Translations under genes and position numbers: made by a program | Shown here: in pieces, positions 1 to 8,863 of the stretch | Position numbering within the stretch: the first letter of the stretch is position 1 | Layout: each line of letters starts with the position of its first letter | Assembly: GCA_943359595.1 (NCBI GenBank) | Contig: CALRIA010000001.1 | Coordinates: forward strand, 11,654-75,653 | Length of the DNA stretch: 64,000 nucleotides | Origin: Candidatus Magasanikiibacteriota bacterium | GTDB taxonomy: Bacteria > Patescibacteriota > Patescibacteriia > Magasanikbacterales > GWA2-37-8 | Reading direction: 5' to 3' | Notes under the pieces: model-generated | What the model was told of the DNA's origin: nothing | Database searches by the model: none | Seen by the model: the letters and a program-made list of their open reading frames with translations, nothing else

Positions 1-171
1 AATAAAGGTGAAATTTTGACGGAAAGATACTACCATCATTTTACCAATGATGAACTGAAAGGTTTGCTCGAAAAAGTTGGTTTCAAAAATATAGAACTTT
101 TTTATGATGATATAAAAAATAACACAGATGGTCGAGGCGGGCGAAATTTGATTGCGATTGCGGAGAAATAA
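1..171 (+). CDS. 3' end of a class I SAM-dependent methyltransferase-like protein (5' partial)
   Basis: Frame 1 is open from the window edge to TAA at 169-171. The C-terminal peptide ...HFTNDELKGLLEKVGFKNIELFYDD... resembles the C-termini of SAM methyltransferases. Confidence 0.45.
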   Translation, partial: NKGEILTERYYHHFTNDELKGLLEKVGFKNIELFYDDIKNNTDGRGGRNLIAIAEK

Positions 172-177
172 TCTTAT

Positions 178-216
178 TAAAAAAAGTAGTGCACATAATG
201 TGCACTACTTTTTTTA
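178..216. terminator. Bidirectional rho-independent terminator
   Basis: Perfect ~11-bp stem (agtagtgcaca / tgtgcactact) with a 3-nt loop, flanked by an A5 run on one side and a T6 run on the other. It lies between the 3' ends of the converging genes 1..171(+) and 227..592(-). Confidence 0.7.
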
Positions 217-226
217 AATATTCTAT

Positions 227-592
227 TTAAATGTTTGCTTCTAACAGTGCTACTCTGTGGTCAAGATTTTTATGATTGTAAGCCAGCACTGTTATTTCTT
301 CTTCGTTTTTATTATTTAGCCCTACAATTTTATCAAGAGTATTCATTATTTGAACGATATCATTTTTGGTAGCCATCCCGTCTAATTTTTCTTCCATTCG
401 ATCAAAACGTTCAGTGTGTTCGGCCACAGTACGAGCAATGATATCAAGCTGACTGTCATGTTCTTCAAGTTTTTTGTTTATGGTGTCAAACTGATTGTCA
501 TGTTCTTTCAGTTTTTTGATGATTTCCTCCATAAAATATATGTTAATTTTTCTAATAACTAGTATACAAAATTCTTGCATTATAGTCAACAA
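227..592 (-). CDS. Coiled-coil repeat protein (L-x-E-H-D-x-x-F 14-residue repeats), paralog of 13277..13714
   Basis: 121-aa ORF. Repeats KKLKEHDNQFDTINKKLEEHDSQLDII match the KKLGEHDVEFKEVRKKLTDHDTEFKEI repeats of the second paralog. Charged, heptad-like composition. Confidence 0.6.
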   Translation of the reverse strand: MLTIMQEFCILVIRKINIYFMEEIIKKLKEHDNQFDTINKKLEEHDSQLDIIARTVAEHTERFDRMEEKLDGMATKNDIVQIMNTLDKIVGLNNKNEEEITVLAYNHKNLDHRVALLEANI

Positions 593-646
593 TAAACAAA
601 AAATACTCGAAATTAATCGAGTATTTTTACATTTAAGCGTTTAGGT

Positions 647-714
647 CACTCGCACAATCTGAAAACAAATTTTATTTTCAAATTGCGAGGCGAGTGATAA
701 TTAAAATTTTCCAA
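647..714. repeat. Imperfect ~60-bp inverted repeat
   Basis: tcactcgcacaatctgaaaa...ttttcaaattgcgaggcgagtga; the arms are complementary with a few mismatches or an insertion. It lies between the 3' end of the lipoprotein gene and the upstream region of the coiled-coil gene. Confidence 0.4.
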
Positions 715-778
715 CCTCACACCCGACCGCTTTTTGTCAGATGTGAGGTTTGTATGTGGCGACCAGTAAATGGACACT

Positions 779-1315
779 TCAGATCTTGGCTACAACGTAG
801 TGCAAGACGACACCCATGATGAAGCATCGCTCCCAGTTGATAACCTTGCAAACTTGATCGACGCCAACGTTGACATCGTAGCCGAGCAGATAGGCCAACT
901 TCACCGCTTCGCCGTCCACGTAGAGGCTATGCTGTCGTTCGAGGTCAGGCCCTTTTTCCGAGAGGATAACCGCGTGCGCCAGTAGGATAGCTAGTCCGTC
1001 GTTGGAGACTTCTCCTAGGATGCCTTTGTTGATGCCGGCCATAATCAAGCCGTTCTTATCTGCCATATACAAAGTCGCATTGCTTGCCATCGATGACGTA
1101 AAGACGAAGGTGGTAATGTCGTACTTTGGTTTGGATCTATCCATAATTTGCCGAGTAATCGCGTCGAGTCGCGAATCACCATGAATAAAGACAAAGCCAC
1201 CATTGCTACCATCACTGGTCCTTTCAAAGCTTTCGCCTTTGCATTCGACGAACGAACCACCACAAGCCGAGATCAGGATTGTCAGAAACAGATACAGAAC
1301 GCGAATGTTGGACAT
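779..1315 (-). CDS. Putative lipoprotein; the central region weakly resembles a ClpP/S49 peptidase fold
   Basis: 178-aa ORF. N-terminal signal peptide with a lipobox-like LISAC. The segment SSMASNATLYMADKNGLIMAGINKGILGEV resembles SppA/S49-type motifs. The gene is distinctly GC-rich relative to its flanks. The overlapping + strand ORFs are taken to be antisense artefacts. Confidence 0.5.
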   Translation of the reverse strand: MSNIRVLYLFLTILISACGGSFVECKGESFERTSDGSNGGFVFIHGDSRLDAITRQIMDRSKPKYDITTFVFTSSMASNATLYMADKNGLIMAGINKGILGEVSNDGLAILLAHAVILSEKGPDLERQHSLYVDGEAVKLAYLLGYDVNVGVDQVCKVINWERCFIMGVVLHYVVAKI

Positions 1316-1439
1316 GGTAACCTCCGAAAAAAGTTGAGAAACACCGGTATCTCTCTAAATCATCTCTATTTTATACAATAAAGATGATAATTGAAAGTAG
1401 ATGTTTATAACAAAAACTACACTATTTTTAGTAGTGTAG

Positions 1440-2600
1440 TTAAGCACGCATCGTTTTTAAACGAGCGATTTTTATTTTTTCTTTAGAAGTATAAACTGCT
1501 AAAGTTTGTTTACTAAGATTTGTCCAGTTGAAACTTTTTTTAGTGAGTGTTTTATTTTCCACACCAGATACAGCGCGTAAATTTTCATCCTTAATTAGTT
1601 TGATTATTTTTTCAGCTAAGTCAACAATACTGGCATTACGGAATAAGAAATTTCGATCACTAATTAATTCTTGATGTTCTGGAATATCAGATAATAATAC
1701 TGGTCGGCCATAAGCCATGGCCTGTAATACCGTGATCGGCATCCCTTCATTTTCTGAGGGGTTGATATACAAGGCGCAGTTGGCATAAGTTTCTTCCAAA
1801 ATTTGTCCGTGCATCCAACTGGTAAAAATAATACTTTTATCGCCACGAGCAATATAATGTAATTCATCCAAATAATCATCAGTGAAAGTACTGCCGCCAA
1901 CGATAGCCAATTTATAATCTTTCAATAACTCTGGATTTTGTGCACGAGCCATTTGCCAAGCTTCCAATAAATAATGAGCACCCTTATGACGCACCAAGCG
2001 TGAAACCATCAAAATGTATTTGTTTGGTTCTAGTTTGTATTTTTCCAATAAGTTGGCGCCGGTATTTTTGGAAACAACTACACCATTTGGAATATATTCT
2101 ACTTTAGTATGATATTCATTCAAACAATAACTTTGAATTGTTTTGGATACGGTGATAGTTTGATGAGCAAAAGTACAAGCGGCTTTTTCACCGAGCCACA
2201 ACATGAGCTTGGCTACTACACCCCATTTTTGGTGGTAACGATCGATACAATGAAAAGTAACTATTACTTTAGTTTTTGGAGAAAAGATTCTTGGAATCCA
2301 AGCTAATAATGCTGGCCCTACTCCGTGATAATGAATGATATCACAATTTTGATTCAAGGCATTTAAGGTAGAAATAAAGGTGTGAGAAATTGTATCCAAA
2401 TGTTTGGTATAAATAGTAGGAGTATGGACGATTCTTACACCGTGATAGTTTTTTAAAGCTTTAGAAGTGTACCAAGCACGGGCGTATACCAAAACGTCGT
2501 GACCTTGTTTGGCCAGTTCACGCGACAAATCTTCCACGTGACGTTCAACGCCACCGTAGATAGCCGGTATCCCTTTTTGTCCGATCATAGCGATCCGCAT
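1440..2600 (-). CDS. Glycosyltransferase family 4 (GT-B, retaining)
   Basis: 386 aa. N-terminal MRIAMIGQKGIPAIYGGVERHVEDLSRELAKQGHDV. C-terminal E-x7-E-type motif NPSENEGMPITVLQAMAYGRPVLLSD. Confidence 0.85.
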   Translation of the reverse strand: MRIAMIGQKGIPAIYGGVERHVEDLSRELAKQGHDVLVYARAWYTSKALKNYHGVRIVHTPTIYTKHLDTISHTFISTLNALNQNCDIIHYHGVGPALLAWIPRIFSPKTKVIVTFHCIDRYHQKWGVVAKLMLWLGEKAACTFAHQTITVSKTIQSYCLNEYHTKVEYIPNGVVVSKNTGANLLEKYKLEPNKYILMVSRLVRHKGAHYLLEAWQMARAQNPELLKDYKLAIVGGSTFTDDYLDELHYIARGDKSIIFTSWMHGQILEETYANCALYINPSENEGMPITVLQAMAYGRPVLLSDIPEHQELISDRNFLFRNASIVDLAEKIIKLIKDENLRAVSGVENKTLTKKSFNWTNLSKQTLAVYTSKEKIKIARLKTMRA

Positions 2601-2662
2601 ATTTGGCTTGGCTTACATAATTAAAACTCTAAATAATAGCACAAATCACCGTTTTTGTCAAG

Positions 2663-3886
2663 GTGTATATCGGTTTTTGGCTAGGGTGTGGTATACTAAC
2701 GGTAGTTAATATAATAAAAATTGGTAATATGAATAAAAATGGGTTGCTATGGAAGTGGTTAATTATTGGTTTGCCATTAACCTGGTTGGCTATTTTTTCG
2801 ATATTTTTTTATTCTGATTGGTCGCTCAAAGCACAAGCGGTTGGTTTAATGCCTGAGATTTTGATTAAGAACGTATCTAGTAGTGTAGCTGTTGTACCAA
2901 TCGTTTTGTCACCCCGTATAAAAGCGTTACGTCAGGTGGCGAAGGGGATTTATCTGACAGCCAGTTCAGCTAATAATAGTAAAAAGATGGATGAGATCAT
3001 TCGTTTGATTGATAGAACCGAATTAAACGCAGTAATAATTGATATTAAAGATTATACTGGTTATATTTTGTATGATAGTCAGATACCAATGATTAAAGAA
3101 TTAAAAACAAAACGAATTGTTTTAAAGAACGTTCCGGCATTGATTGCCAAACTTCACGAACATAATATTTATGTGATAGCACGTCAGACAGTTTTTCAAG
3201 ATCCAATTTTGGCTGAAAAAAAACCAGAATGGGCAATTAAAAATAAACAAGGTGGAATTTGGCATGATCGAAAAGGTTTGTCTTGGGTGGATGTTACGCG
3301 CAAAGATTTATGGAAATATGATATTTCAATTGCCAGAGAGGTGATTGGTCTAGGTTTTGATGAAATCAATTTTGATTATGTTCGTTTTCCAACCGATGGT
3401 AATATTTCCAATGCGGTGATTCCAGCATCTAAAGAGCGCAATGGTGTGATGACTGGCTTTTTTAGTTTTTTGTCTGAACAGTTGAAAGATGAACCAGCCT
3501 ATATTTCTTTAGATTTTTTTGGATTAGTAATGGAAGATCATACCGGCATGAATATAGGGCAGAAAATTGCCAACGCTTCTGATCAAGTAGATTATATTTC
3601 TCCGATGATGTATCCGTCGCACTATGCCAAAGGACATTTGGGATTAGCCAATCCGGCCGCTAGCCCGGGAAAAGTGATTGATAATGGTATGAAAAAAGGT
3701 TTGTCATTATTTGTAGATAAACGGGCACAATTACGACCGTGGTTGCAAGCGTTTAATATGGGAGCGCAATATGGCGCAAAAAATATTCGAGCACAGATTG
3801 ATATGGTAGAAAAATATCCTAATGCCGGTTGGTTGCTCTGGAATGCGGCCAATCGCTATACTGAGGCTGGTTTAAAGTCGGAGTAA
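2663..3886 (+). CDS. Putative membrane-anchored glycoside hydrolase (DUF4015/GHL-like TIM barrel)
   Basis: 407 aa with an N-terminal TM segment. Motif GFDEINFDYVRFPTDGN is characteristic of the predicted glycosyl-hydrolase-like family (COG1306/DUF4015). The start may be the internal Met at ~2728. Confidence 0.55.
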   Translation: MYIGFWLGCGILTVVNIIKIGNMNKNGLLWKWLIIGLPLTWLAIFSIFFYSDWSLKAQAVGLMPEILIKNVSSSVAVVPIVLSPRIKALRQVAKGIYLTASSANNSKKMDEIIRLIDRTELNAVIIDIKDYTGYILYDSQIPMIKELKTKRIVLKNVPALIAKLHEHNIYVIARQTVFQDPILAEKKPEWAIKNKQGGIWHDRKGLSWVDVTRKDLWKYDISIAREVIGLGFDEINFDYVRFPTDGNISNAVIPASKERNGVMTGFFSFLSEQLKDEPAYISLDFFGLVMEDHTGMNIGQKIANASDQVDYISPMMYPSHYAKGHLGLANPAASPGKVIDNGMKKGLSLFVDKRAQLRPWLQAFNMGAQYGAKNIRAQIDMVEKYPNAGWLLWNAANRYTEAGLKSE

Positions 3887-4149
3887 AAATTTTATGGGGA
3901 TAACTTTATTGACAGTTGAATAATAGTTTGAGAACATATATCTACTATGCAGAATAATTATATTCACAATTTGACTATTAAGAGCTTCACAATCTTGTGT
4001 CGTTCTTTGGTATGGTCAACGGGTGATTATAATAATGTCTAATAGAAATTAAAAAAGCATTATCAAATCACCCTGGCCATCTGGTTAGGGTGATTTTATA
4101 TATAATGGTTCTTTTACAACATAGAGTAGTGTGTATTTAAAATAACGTT

Positions 4150-4620
4150 TTCTGTTGTGGTGTAAAGATTATCTAAAATTTGGATGATGTTTACGCCACA
4201 ACAGTTCGTTGTTGGCTAACCCCACTGTTTATCATACATACGATAAACAGTACTGTTTTGGCAGAGATATCTGCCAATGCTAATTTGGAGTTTACCCATG
4301 TCAAAGTCCATCGTCGAGCCTCCGCTGTCTAACGTTCCAGTTCCGCATACTGCGCCTCACTTCTGTGGTCAGGCGCCGGTTCCTACTGCGATTTCGCTGC
4401 CCCTGACTTTGCCGGGCACGGAGGCGGTTCTGGGCGGTCGTCGTAATTCGTCGAACCGCCACCGGATTTCTCGCCAGTTCGGGCCTCATCAGGCCGGTCT
4501 CGCTGAGCAGGCGAAGTACGACGGTAATTGACGTTTGGCCTCTGGGGTTGGTAGTTACGCACTACTCTCCAAGCTATTGCTTATTTTTTAAAATAGTCAG
4601 TAGCTTGGTTTTTCTAAACA
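4150..4620. other. Non-coding GC-rich, hairpin-dense region (candidate structured RNA or degraded foreign fragment)
   Basis: In an 810-bp gap free of ORFs. The core 4277-4531 is ~60% GC against a ~30% background. Hairpins found by eye include ctgttgtggtgtaaa/tttacgccacaacag, ctgtttatc/gataaacag, ttggcag/ctgccaa, ggcggttc/gaaccgcc and ccaagcta/tagcttgg. The ORFs in this region (84 aa +, 62 aa -) are proline/arginine-rich and look like translation artefacts. Confidence 0.3.
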
Positions 4621-4697
4621 CTCTAATTCAATTAGGGTGTTTTTTATGTTATAATTATAGAAGTTAATATTAATGAGGCGAAAAAACAGATTAAAAT

Positions 4698-5621
4698 ATG
4701 TGGTTAATACTTTCAATAGTCGGTTATTCTATTCTAGCGGTAGTAGCAATAATGGATAAATATTTATTATCATCAGCCAAAGTTCAACCGGTATTATATA
4801 CTTTTTATTCGACTATTTTTGTTTTACCGCTGTTATTGTTAATTCCATTTGGAGTAAATTTTTTACACACTCCGTTTGATTGGATAATGGCGGCGTTATC
4901 CGGCATCTCTTTTGCGTTGGCATTATGGACAATGTTTTTAGGTTTTGAAAAAAGTGAAGTTAGTCATGTTGGCCCGTTAGTGGGGGCAGCGACACCTTTG
5001 TTTGTGTTGTTGTTTAGTAACTTATTTTTATTCGAAATTTTAACTACGCGACAATTAGTAGCTTCTGGGTTGTTGATCGTTGGTTCGTTGTTAGTTTCTT
5101 TTGAAAAAAGCAAACAACATTCTGGCTGGCATTTGGGGATGTTGTGGGGTGTTTTAGCGGGTATTTTATTTGCCGCCTCGCATGTTAGCGCAAAATATAT
5201 TTATGGGCATTATAATTTTTTTAGTGGTTTTGTTTGGACGAGAGTCGCGACTGGTTTAGTGGGATTGGTTCTGTTACTGCACCCAATCGTGTATCGCTCA
5301 CTTTTTAAAAATACTATTTTAGATAAAGTAAAAAATAAAGTTTTATCTGCTCGGACAAAAAAGGATAATATTATTTTGGTAATAATAAATAAAGTTTTAG
5401 GTTCCGTTGCTGTAATAGTGATACAATATGCGGTAGCAATTGGCAGTGTATCACTGGTCAATGCTTTAAATGGTTTGGAATATGCTATTTTGATTATTTT
5501 AGTTTTATTACTGAGTAGATTTTGGCCAAATAAATTTAAAGAGGATTATGCATTGGGAGAAATACTGCTTGAATCATTGGCTATAATAGTGATTGCTACT
5601 GGTTTAATTTTATTAGTTTAG
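4698..5621 (+). CDS. Polytopic membrane protein (~10 TM, DMT/EamA-like)
   Basis: 307 aa, highly hydrophobic, with two halves of similar TM organisation. Separated by only 2 bp from the downstream hydrolase gene. Confidence 0.6.
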   Translation: MWLILSIVGYSILAVVAIMDKYLLSSAKVQPVLYTFYSTIFVLPLLLLIPFGVNFLHTPFDWIMAALSGISFALALWTMFLGFEKSEVSHVGPLVGAATPLFVLLFSNLFLFEILTTRQLVASGLLIVGSLLVSFEKSKQHSGWHLGMLWGVLAGILFAASHVSAKYIYGHYNFFSGFVWTRVATGLVGLVLLLHPIVYRSLFKNTILDKVKNKVLSARTKKDNIILVIINKVLGSVAVIVIQYAVAIGSVSLVNALNGLEYAILIILVLLLSRFWPNKFKEDYALGEILLESLAIIVIATGLILLV

Positions 5622-5622
5622 T

Positions 5623-6633
5623 ATGTATTTAAATAAAAAAATACAGAAAAATATTTTACTATCTTTTGGAATATTTTTCTTAATTGTGGCTAGTATTTGT
5701 TATCTGTATTCTGATCTGGCTAATCCGAAAAATGAAAAAATTATTTGGGGTACGTCGTTTAGTCCGGGATATACTCGCTATTTAGGTTTAGATGTCGGCG
5801 AAGTTTATAAAGTAATTTTGGATGATTGGAAATTTCGTTATTTGCGTTTAACTGCACGGTGGGATGAGGTTGAACCAGAAAGAGGTAAGTTTAATTTTAC
5901 AGAAGTTGATTATTTAATGAATGAAGCGGCTAAGCGTAATGCTAAAGTAGTCTTGGTAGTTGGACAAAAAACACCGCGCTGGCCGGAATGTAATGTCCCT
6001 GATTGGACAAAAAATTTATCCGATGATGAGTATCATGCGGCATTAAATAATTATTTAAAAATTGCCGCTGAACGTTATAAAAATAACCTAGCCCTCGAAA
6101 CTTGGCAGGTTGAAAACGAAGCTTTTTTGGCATTTGGCAATAAATGTCATCCATTGAATATCGCAAAATTAAAAACTGAAATTAGCACTATTAAGAGCAT
6201 AGATCCAAATCATTTGGTGATAATCACCGATAGTGGTGAATTAAGTTTTTGGAACAAAACAGCTAGAGCCGCTGATCTTTTTGGTAGTACTGCTTATCGT
6301 GTTGTATGGAATAAACGTAGTGGCTATTTCAATTATGATTGGTTGCCGGCAGTTTTTTATCGCTTGCATGCTTTGTTGTATGGTTTGAATTTGAACAATG
6401 TTTATGTTTCTGAGTTACAAGCTGAGCCGTGGATGCCTGATTATCCAATTACTGTTAATAATGTGTCTGAACAGTTGAAATCAATGAATCTGGATCGGTT
6501 ACAGAAACAATTGGATTTTGCTCAGAGAACTGGGTTTAGTCGAGCTTATTTGTGGGGAGCGGAATGGTGGTATTGGTTAAAAATTAATGGATATAGTGGA
6601 TTATTTGATTATATAAAATACTTACCAAAGTAA
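5623..6633 (+). CDS. Membrane-anchored glycoside hydrolase, clan GH-A TIM barrel (mannanase/cellulase-like)
   Basis: 336 aa with an N-terminal TM. WQVENEAF matches the clan A acid/base NEP-type motif. Other elements: RWDEVEP...GKFNF and a later conserved Glu region (YVSELQAEPW). Confidence 0.55.
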   Translation: MYLNKKIQKNILLSFGIFFLIVASICYLYSDLANPKNEKIIWGTSFSPGYTRYLGLDVGEVYKVILDDWKFRYLRLTARWDEVEPERGKFNFTEVDYLMNEAAKRNAKVVLVVGQKTPRWPECNVPDWTKNLSDDEYHAALNNYLKIAAERYKNNLALETWQVENEAFLAFGNKCHPLNIAKLKTEISTIKSIDPNHLVIITDSGELSFWNKTARAADLFGSTAYRVVWNKRSGYFNYDWLPAVFYRLHALLYGLNLNNVYVSELQAEPWMPDYPITVNNVSEQLKSMNLDRLQKQLDFAQRTGFSRAYLWGAEWWYWLKINGYSGLFDYIKYLPK

Positions 6634-6694
6634 ATTTAATTATTTGTCCCATTGACTAAAATTTTGTTTTTAGGTATATTACGGCTATTCATTT

Positions 6695-6768
6695 GGGTGA
6701 TTAGCTCAGTTGGTTAGAGCGTCTCGTTTACACCGAGAAGGCCAAAGGTTCGAATCCTTTATCACCCA
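6695..6768 (+). tRNA. tRNA-Val (anticodon UAC)
   Basis: 74-nt cloverleaf. Acceptor GGGTGAT/ATCACCC, D-arm GCTC-AGTTGGTTA-GAGC, anticodon stem TCTCG/CGAGA with loop TTTACAC (TAC at 6729-6731), T-arm AAAGG-TTCGAAT-CCTTT, discriminator A. CCA is not encoded. Confidence 0.9.
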
Positions 6769-6785
6769 CTTAGAAAATTTTTTGT

Positions 6786-6812
6786 AAACAGAGATTACAC
6801 TCTGTTTTTTTA
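6786..6812 (+). terminator. Rho-independent terminator downstream of tRNA-Val
   Basis: Stem aacagag/ctctgtt, loop attaca, followed by a T7 run. Confidence 0.7.
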
Positions 6813-6879
6813 TTTATAGATACTTGACTTTTTTATATAAAACATTTAGTCTTTTATCACTATCTCGTTGTGAGATAGA

Positions 6880-7683
6880 TTGGAAAAAGTTATGACAAAG
6901 CGTCTAATCAAGGCAGATCGTCCTACTTCAAAAGACGGTCGCGCCTACCATCTACACACTCGGCTGGGCAGTCTTTCCGAGTTGTGTCTATTAGTCGGTT
7001 CACCAGAACGAGCCACAATGATCGCCAAGAATTTTTTTGACAACCCTAAGCTTGTCGGCAATTATCGTGGATTCAAGTGTTACACCGGATTTCATCTAGG
7101 AATTCGAATGTCCGTTGTGACTTGCGGTATGGGGGGGCCAAGCATCGGCATTGTTTTGCGGGAAGCCGTGGAGTCCGGCGCGCGGATTTTTATTCGCGTC
7201 GGTTCTTGCGGTACACTTCAACCAGAGCCGAATGTGGGAGATTCGGTGATTTGTACCGGAGCGGTTCGTTTGGATGGTGCTACAAAAAACTGGGCGCCAA
7301 TCGAATACCCGGCTATTGCTGACTACCGGATTGTGGCTGCACTGGTGCAATCGGCCAAAGAGCTCGACCTGCCTTACCATGTTGGAATTGGGGCAACCAC
7401 CGATTGTTTTCGAGAAGGTCAAGCTCGTCCGGACGTCGACGGCTATATCCCTCCTCGGCTGCAAGCTCAACATGAAGAACTCACACACTGCGGTGTGCTT
7501 TTCTACGCGATGGAAGAAGCTGCGTTGTTTGTGTGGTGTAGCACTCACGGGAATCTGCGCGCCGGTGTGATTGACGCAATTTACGCGAACCGCGTAACTG
7601 GTGATTTCAAAGTCACCGGTGATGAACAAGCGGCAAAGATTGCTATTCACGCTATGTGCTTGATCGCTCAAGGAAAATTCTAA
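6880..7683 (+). CDS. udp: Uridine phosphorylase (PNP/UDP phosphorylase family 1)
   Basis: 267 aa. CGMGGPSIGIVLRE, IRVGSCGTLQPEPNVGDSVICTGAVRLDGA, APIEYPAIADY and LRAGVIDAIYANR align closely with E. coli Udp motifs. GC-rich gene. Start is TTG at 6880 or ATG at 6892. Confidence 0.85.
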   Translation: MEKVMTKRLIKADRPTSKDGRAYHLHTRLGSLSELCLLVGSPERATMIAKNFFDNPKLVGNYRGFKCYTGFHLGIRMSVVTCGMGGPSIGIVLREAVESGARIFIRVGSCGTLQPEPNVGDSVICTGAVRLDGATKNWAPIEYPAIADYRIVAALVQSAKELDLPYHVGIGATTDCFREGQARPDVDGYIPPRLQAQHEELTHCGVLFYAMEEAALFVWCSTHGNLRAGVIDAIYANRVTGDFKVTGDEQAAKIAIHAMCLIAQGKF

Positions 7684-7790
7684 AGTGTCTGTCCTTTCGT
7701 GTCGGGGGCACACGAAATTTCTCCTCAGCCCTCTCCATTAGTACATAATATTTTGTGTATTAATGGAAGCTGAGAAGGAAGTATAAATTA

Positions 7791-7826
7791 AAAACACACC
7801 AATTAAATTTGGTGTGTTTTATTTTT
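7791..7826. terminator. Bidirectional rho-independent terminator between convergent genes
   Basis: Stem aaacacacc/ggtgtgttt flanked by A and T runs. Sits between the 3' ends of udp(+) and the oxygenase gene(-). Confidence 0.7.
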
Positions 7827-7835
7827 AATTTTTTT

Positions 7836-7892
7836 ATCAAGCTACTCGTCAATATTATATACCATATAATACTCACGAGTAGGTAGCTTGAT
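7836..7892. repeat. 57-bp imperfect palindrome
   Basis: atcaagctactcgt...acgagtaggtagcttgat with an AT-rich palindromic centre (caatattatata/atataatactc). One arm carries an extra gtag. Confidence 0.5.
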
Positions 7893-7957
7893 AAATCATG
7901 CCCCTTGTTCGCTTCGTTAAGACGAAGAAAAGAAACACAAATTTTTCTGTCCGTTTG

Positions 7958-8863
7958 CTAGAAGTCAACTTCGTAGGGGTGACGGTTCGGATCGTTGAGC
8001 AGCTTGATTACGCGCAGGCGATGACGCAGGAAGGCATCGGAATTCTCGAGAGAAACACTGGTTGGATGTACGAACAGTGGAATCGAGAAGCGATCTCCAC
8101 AGGCCGCTTGCGGATTGACCACCCGATGCTTGGTGGATTTGAGAACGCCGTGCGTGTGGACGGCCAACATGTCGCCAATGTTTACAACCAGAGCCCCAGG
8201 AGGGTTGGTTGCATCCACCCAGCGATTCTGCCGGCTCTTCACCTGCAAGCCCGGCACGGTAGCCGGAACGAGCAAAGTGATCAGATTGATGTCAAAGTGA
8301 GCGCCGGAGCGATTCACCTTTTCATCTCCCTGCATTGCCGGGTAGTGAATGGGGCGCAACAGATTGCGACCATTCTCGATCCAAGCAACGAAGAACTCCG
8401 GATCACGCCGCAGATGGACGGCAATTGCCCGTAACACCTGTTTGCCCGTCTCCTTGAGGGCACTGTGCAATTCCAGCATCGTCGAACCGAACTCCGGGAC
8501 TTCAGTCGGGAACTCATTCCCAACGTTGGCCAGAGGGTCGTTGACATGCCAGAAACGCATGTTATTGGGCTGTTTGTGTCCCGCCGAGGTTTCCGTTCGG
8601 GGGGGGGTGTAGCCGTATTGGCGCCCAATTTCTTTGAACTCGTACACCAGACGCTGTTCCTCAGTCATGTCGGTCAGGTAGACCTGCTTTGCGACTTTGA
8701 ACGCCCGCTGTACCAACTCGTCGTCCACGCCATGACCGGTTACCGAGGCGAACCCAGTATTCCGAAAGGCGAGACCGAGCATGTCGGCGATGCGAAGATC
8801 ATTGTCGTTGCCGTGTTTTCCAAACCCGTTCATGTTTACTACAGGAATACCCTGTGGTTTCAT
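7958..8863 (-). CDS. 2-oxoglutarate/Fe(II)-dependent dioxygenase (isopenicillin N synthase-like family)
   Basis: 301 aa. H-x-D...H facial triad (AHFDINLITLL ... KSTKHRV) and an R-x-S 2OG-binding motif (GDRFSIPLF). The GLQV element is typical of the family. GC-rich; the overlapping + ORFs are treated as artefacts. Confidence 0.8.
   Translation of the reverse strand: MKPQGIPVVNMNGFGKHGNDNDLRIADMLGLAFRNTGFASVTGHGVDDELVQRAFKVAKQVYLTDMTEEQRLVYEFKEIGRQYGYTPPRTETSAGHKQPNNMRFWHVNDPLANVGNEFPTEVPEFGSTMLELHSALKETGKQVLRAIAVHLRRDPEFFVAWIENGRNLLRPIHYPAMQGDEKVNRSGAHFDINLITLLVPATVPGLQVKSRQNRWVDATNPPGALVVNIGDMLAVHTHGVLKSTKHRVVNPQAACGDRFSIPLFVHPTSVSLENSDAFLRHRLRVIKLLNDPNRHPYEVDF

Noticed and set aside
4277-4531. 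84-aa (+) and 62-aa (-) ORFs in the GC-rich intergenic core
   Set aside because: Pro/Arg/Ser-rich and low complexity, with no start context. The region is better explained as structured RNA or a decayed fragment.
7096-7713. 205-aa ORF on the minus strand (plus 81- and 98-aa + ORFs) overlapping udp
   Set aside because: It is antisense to a gene with strong Udp homology. Long spurious ORFs are expected in GC-rich DNA, and it has no recognisable motifs.
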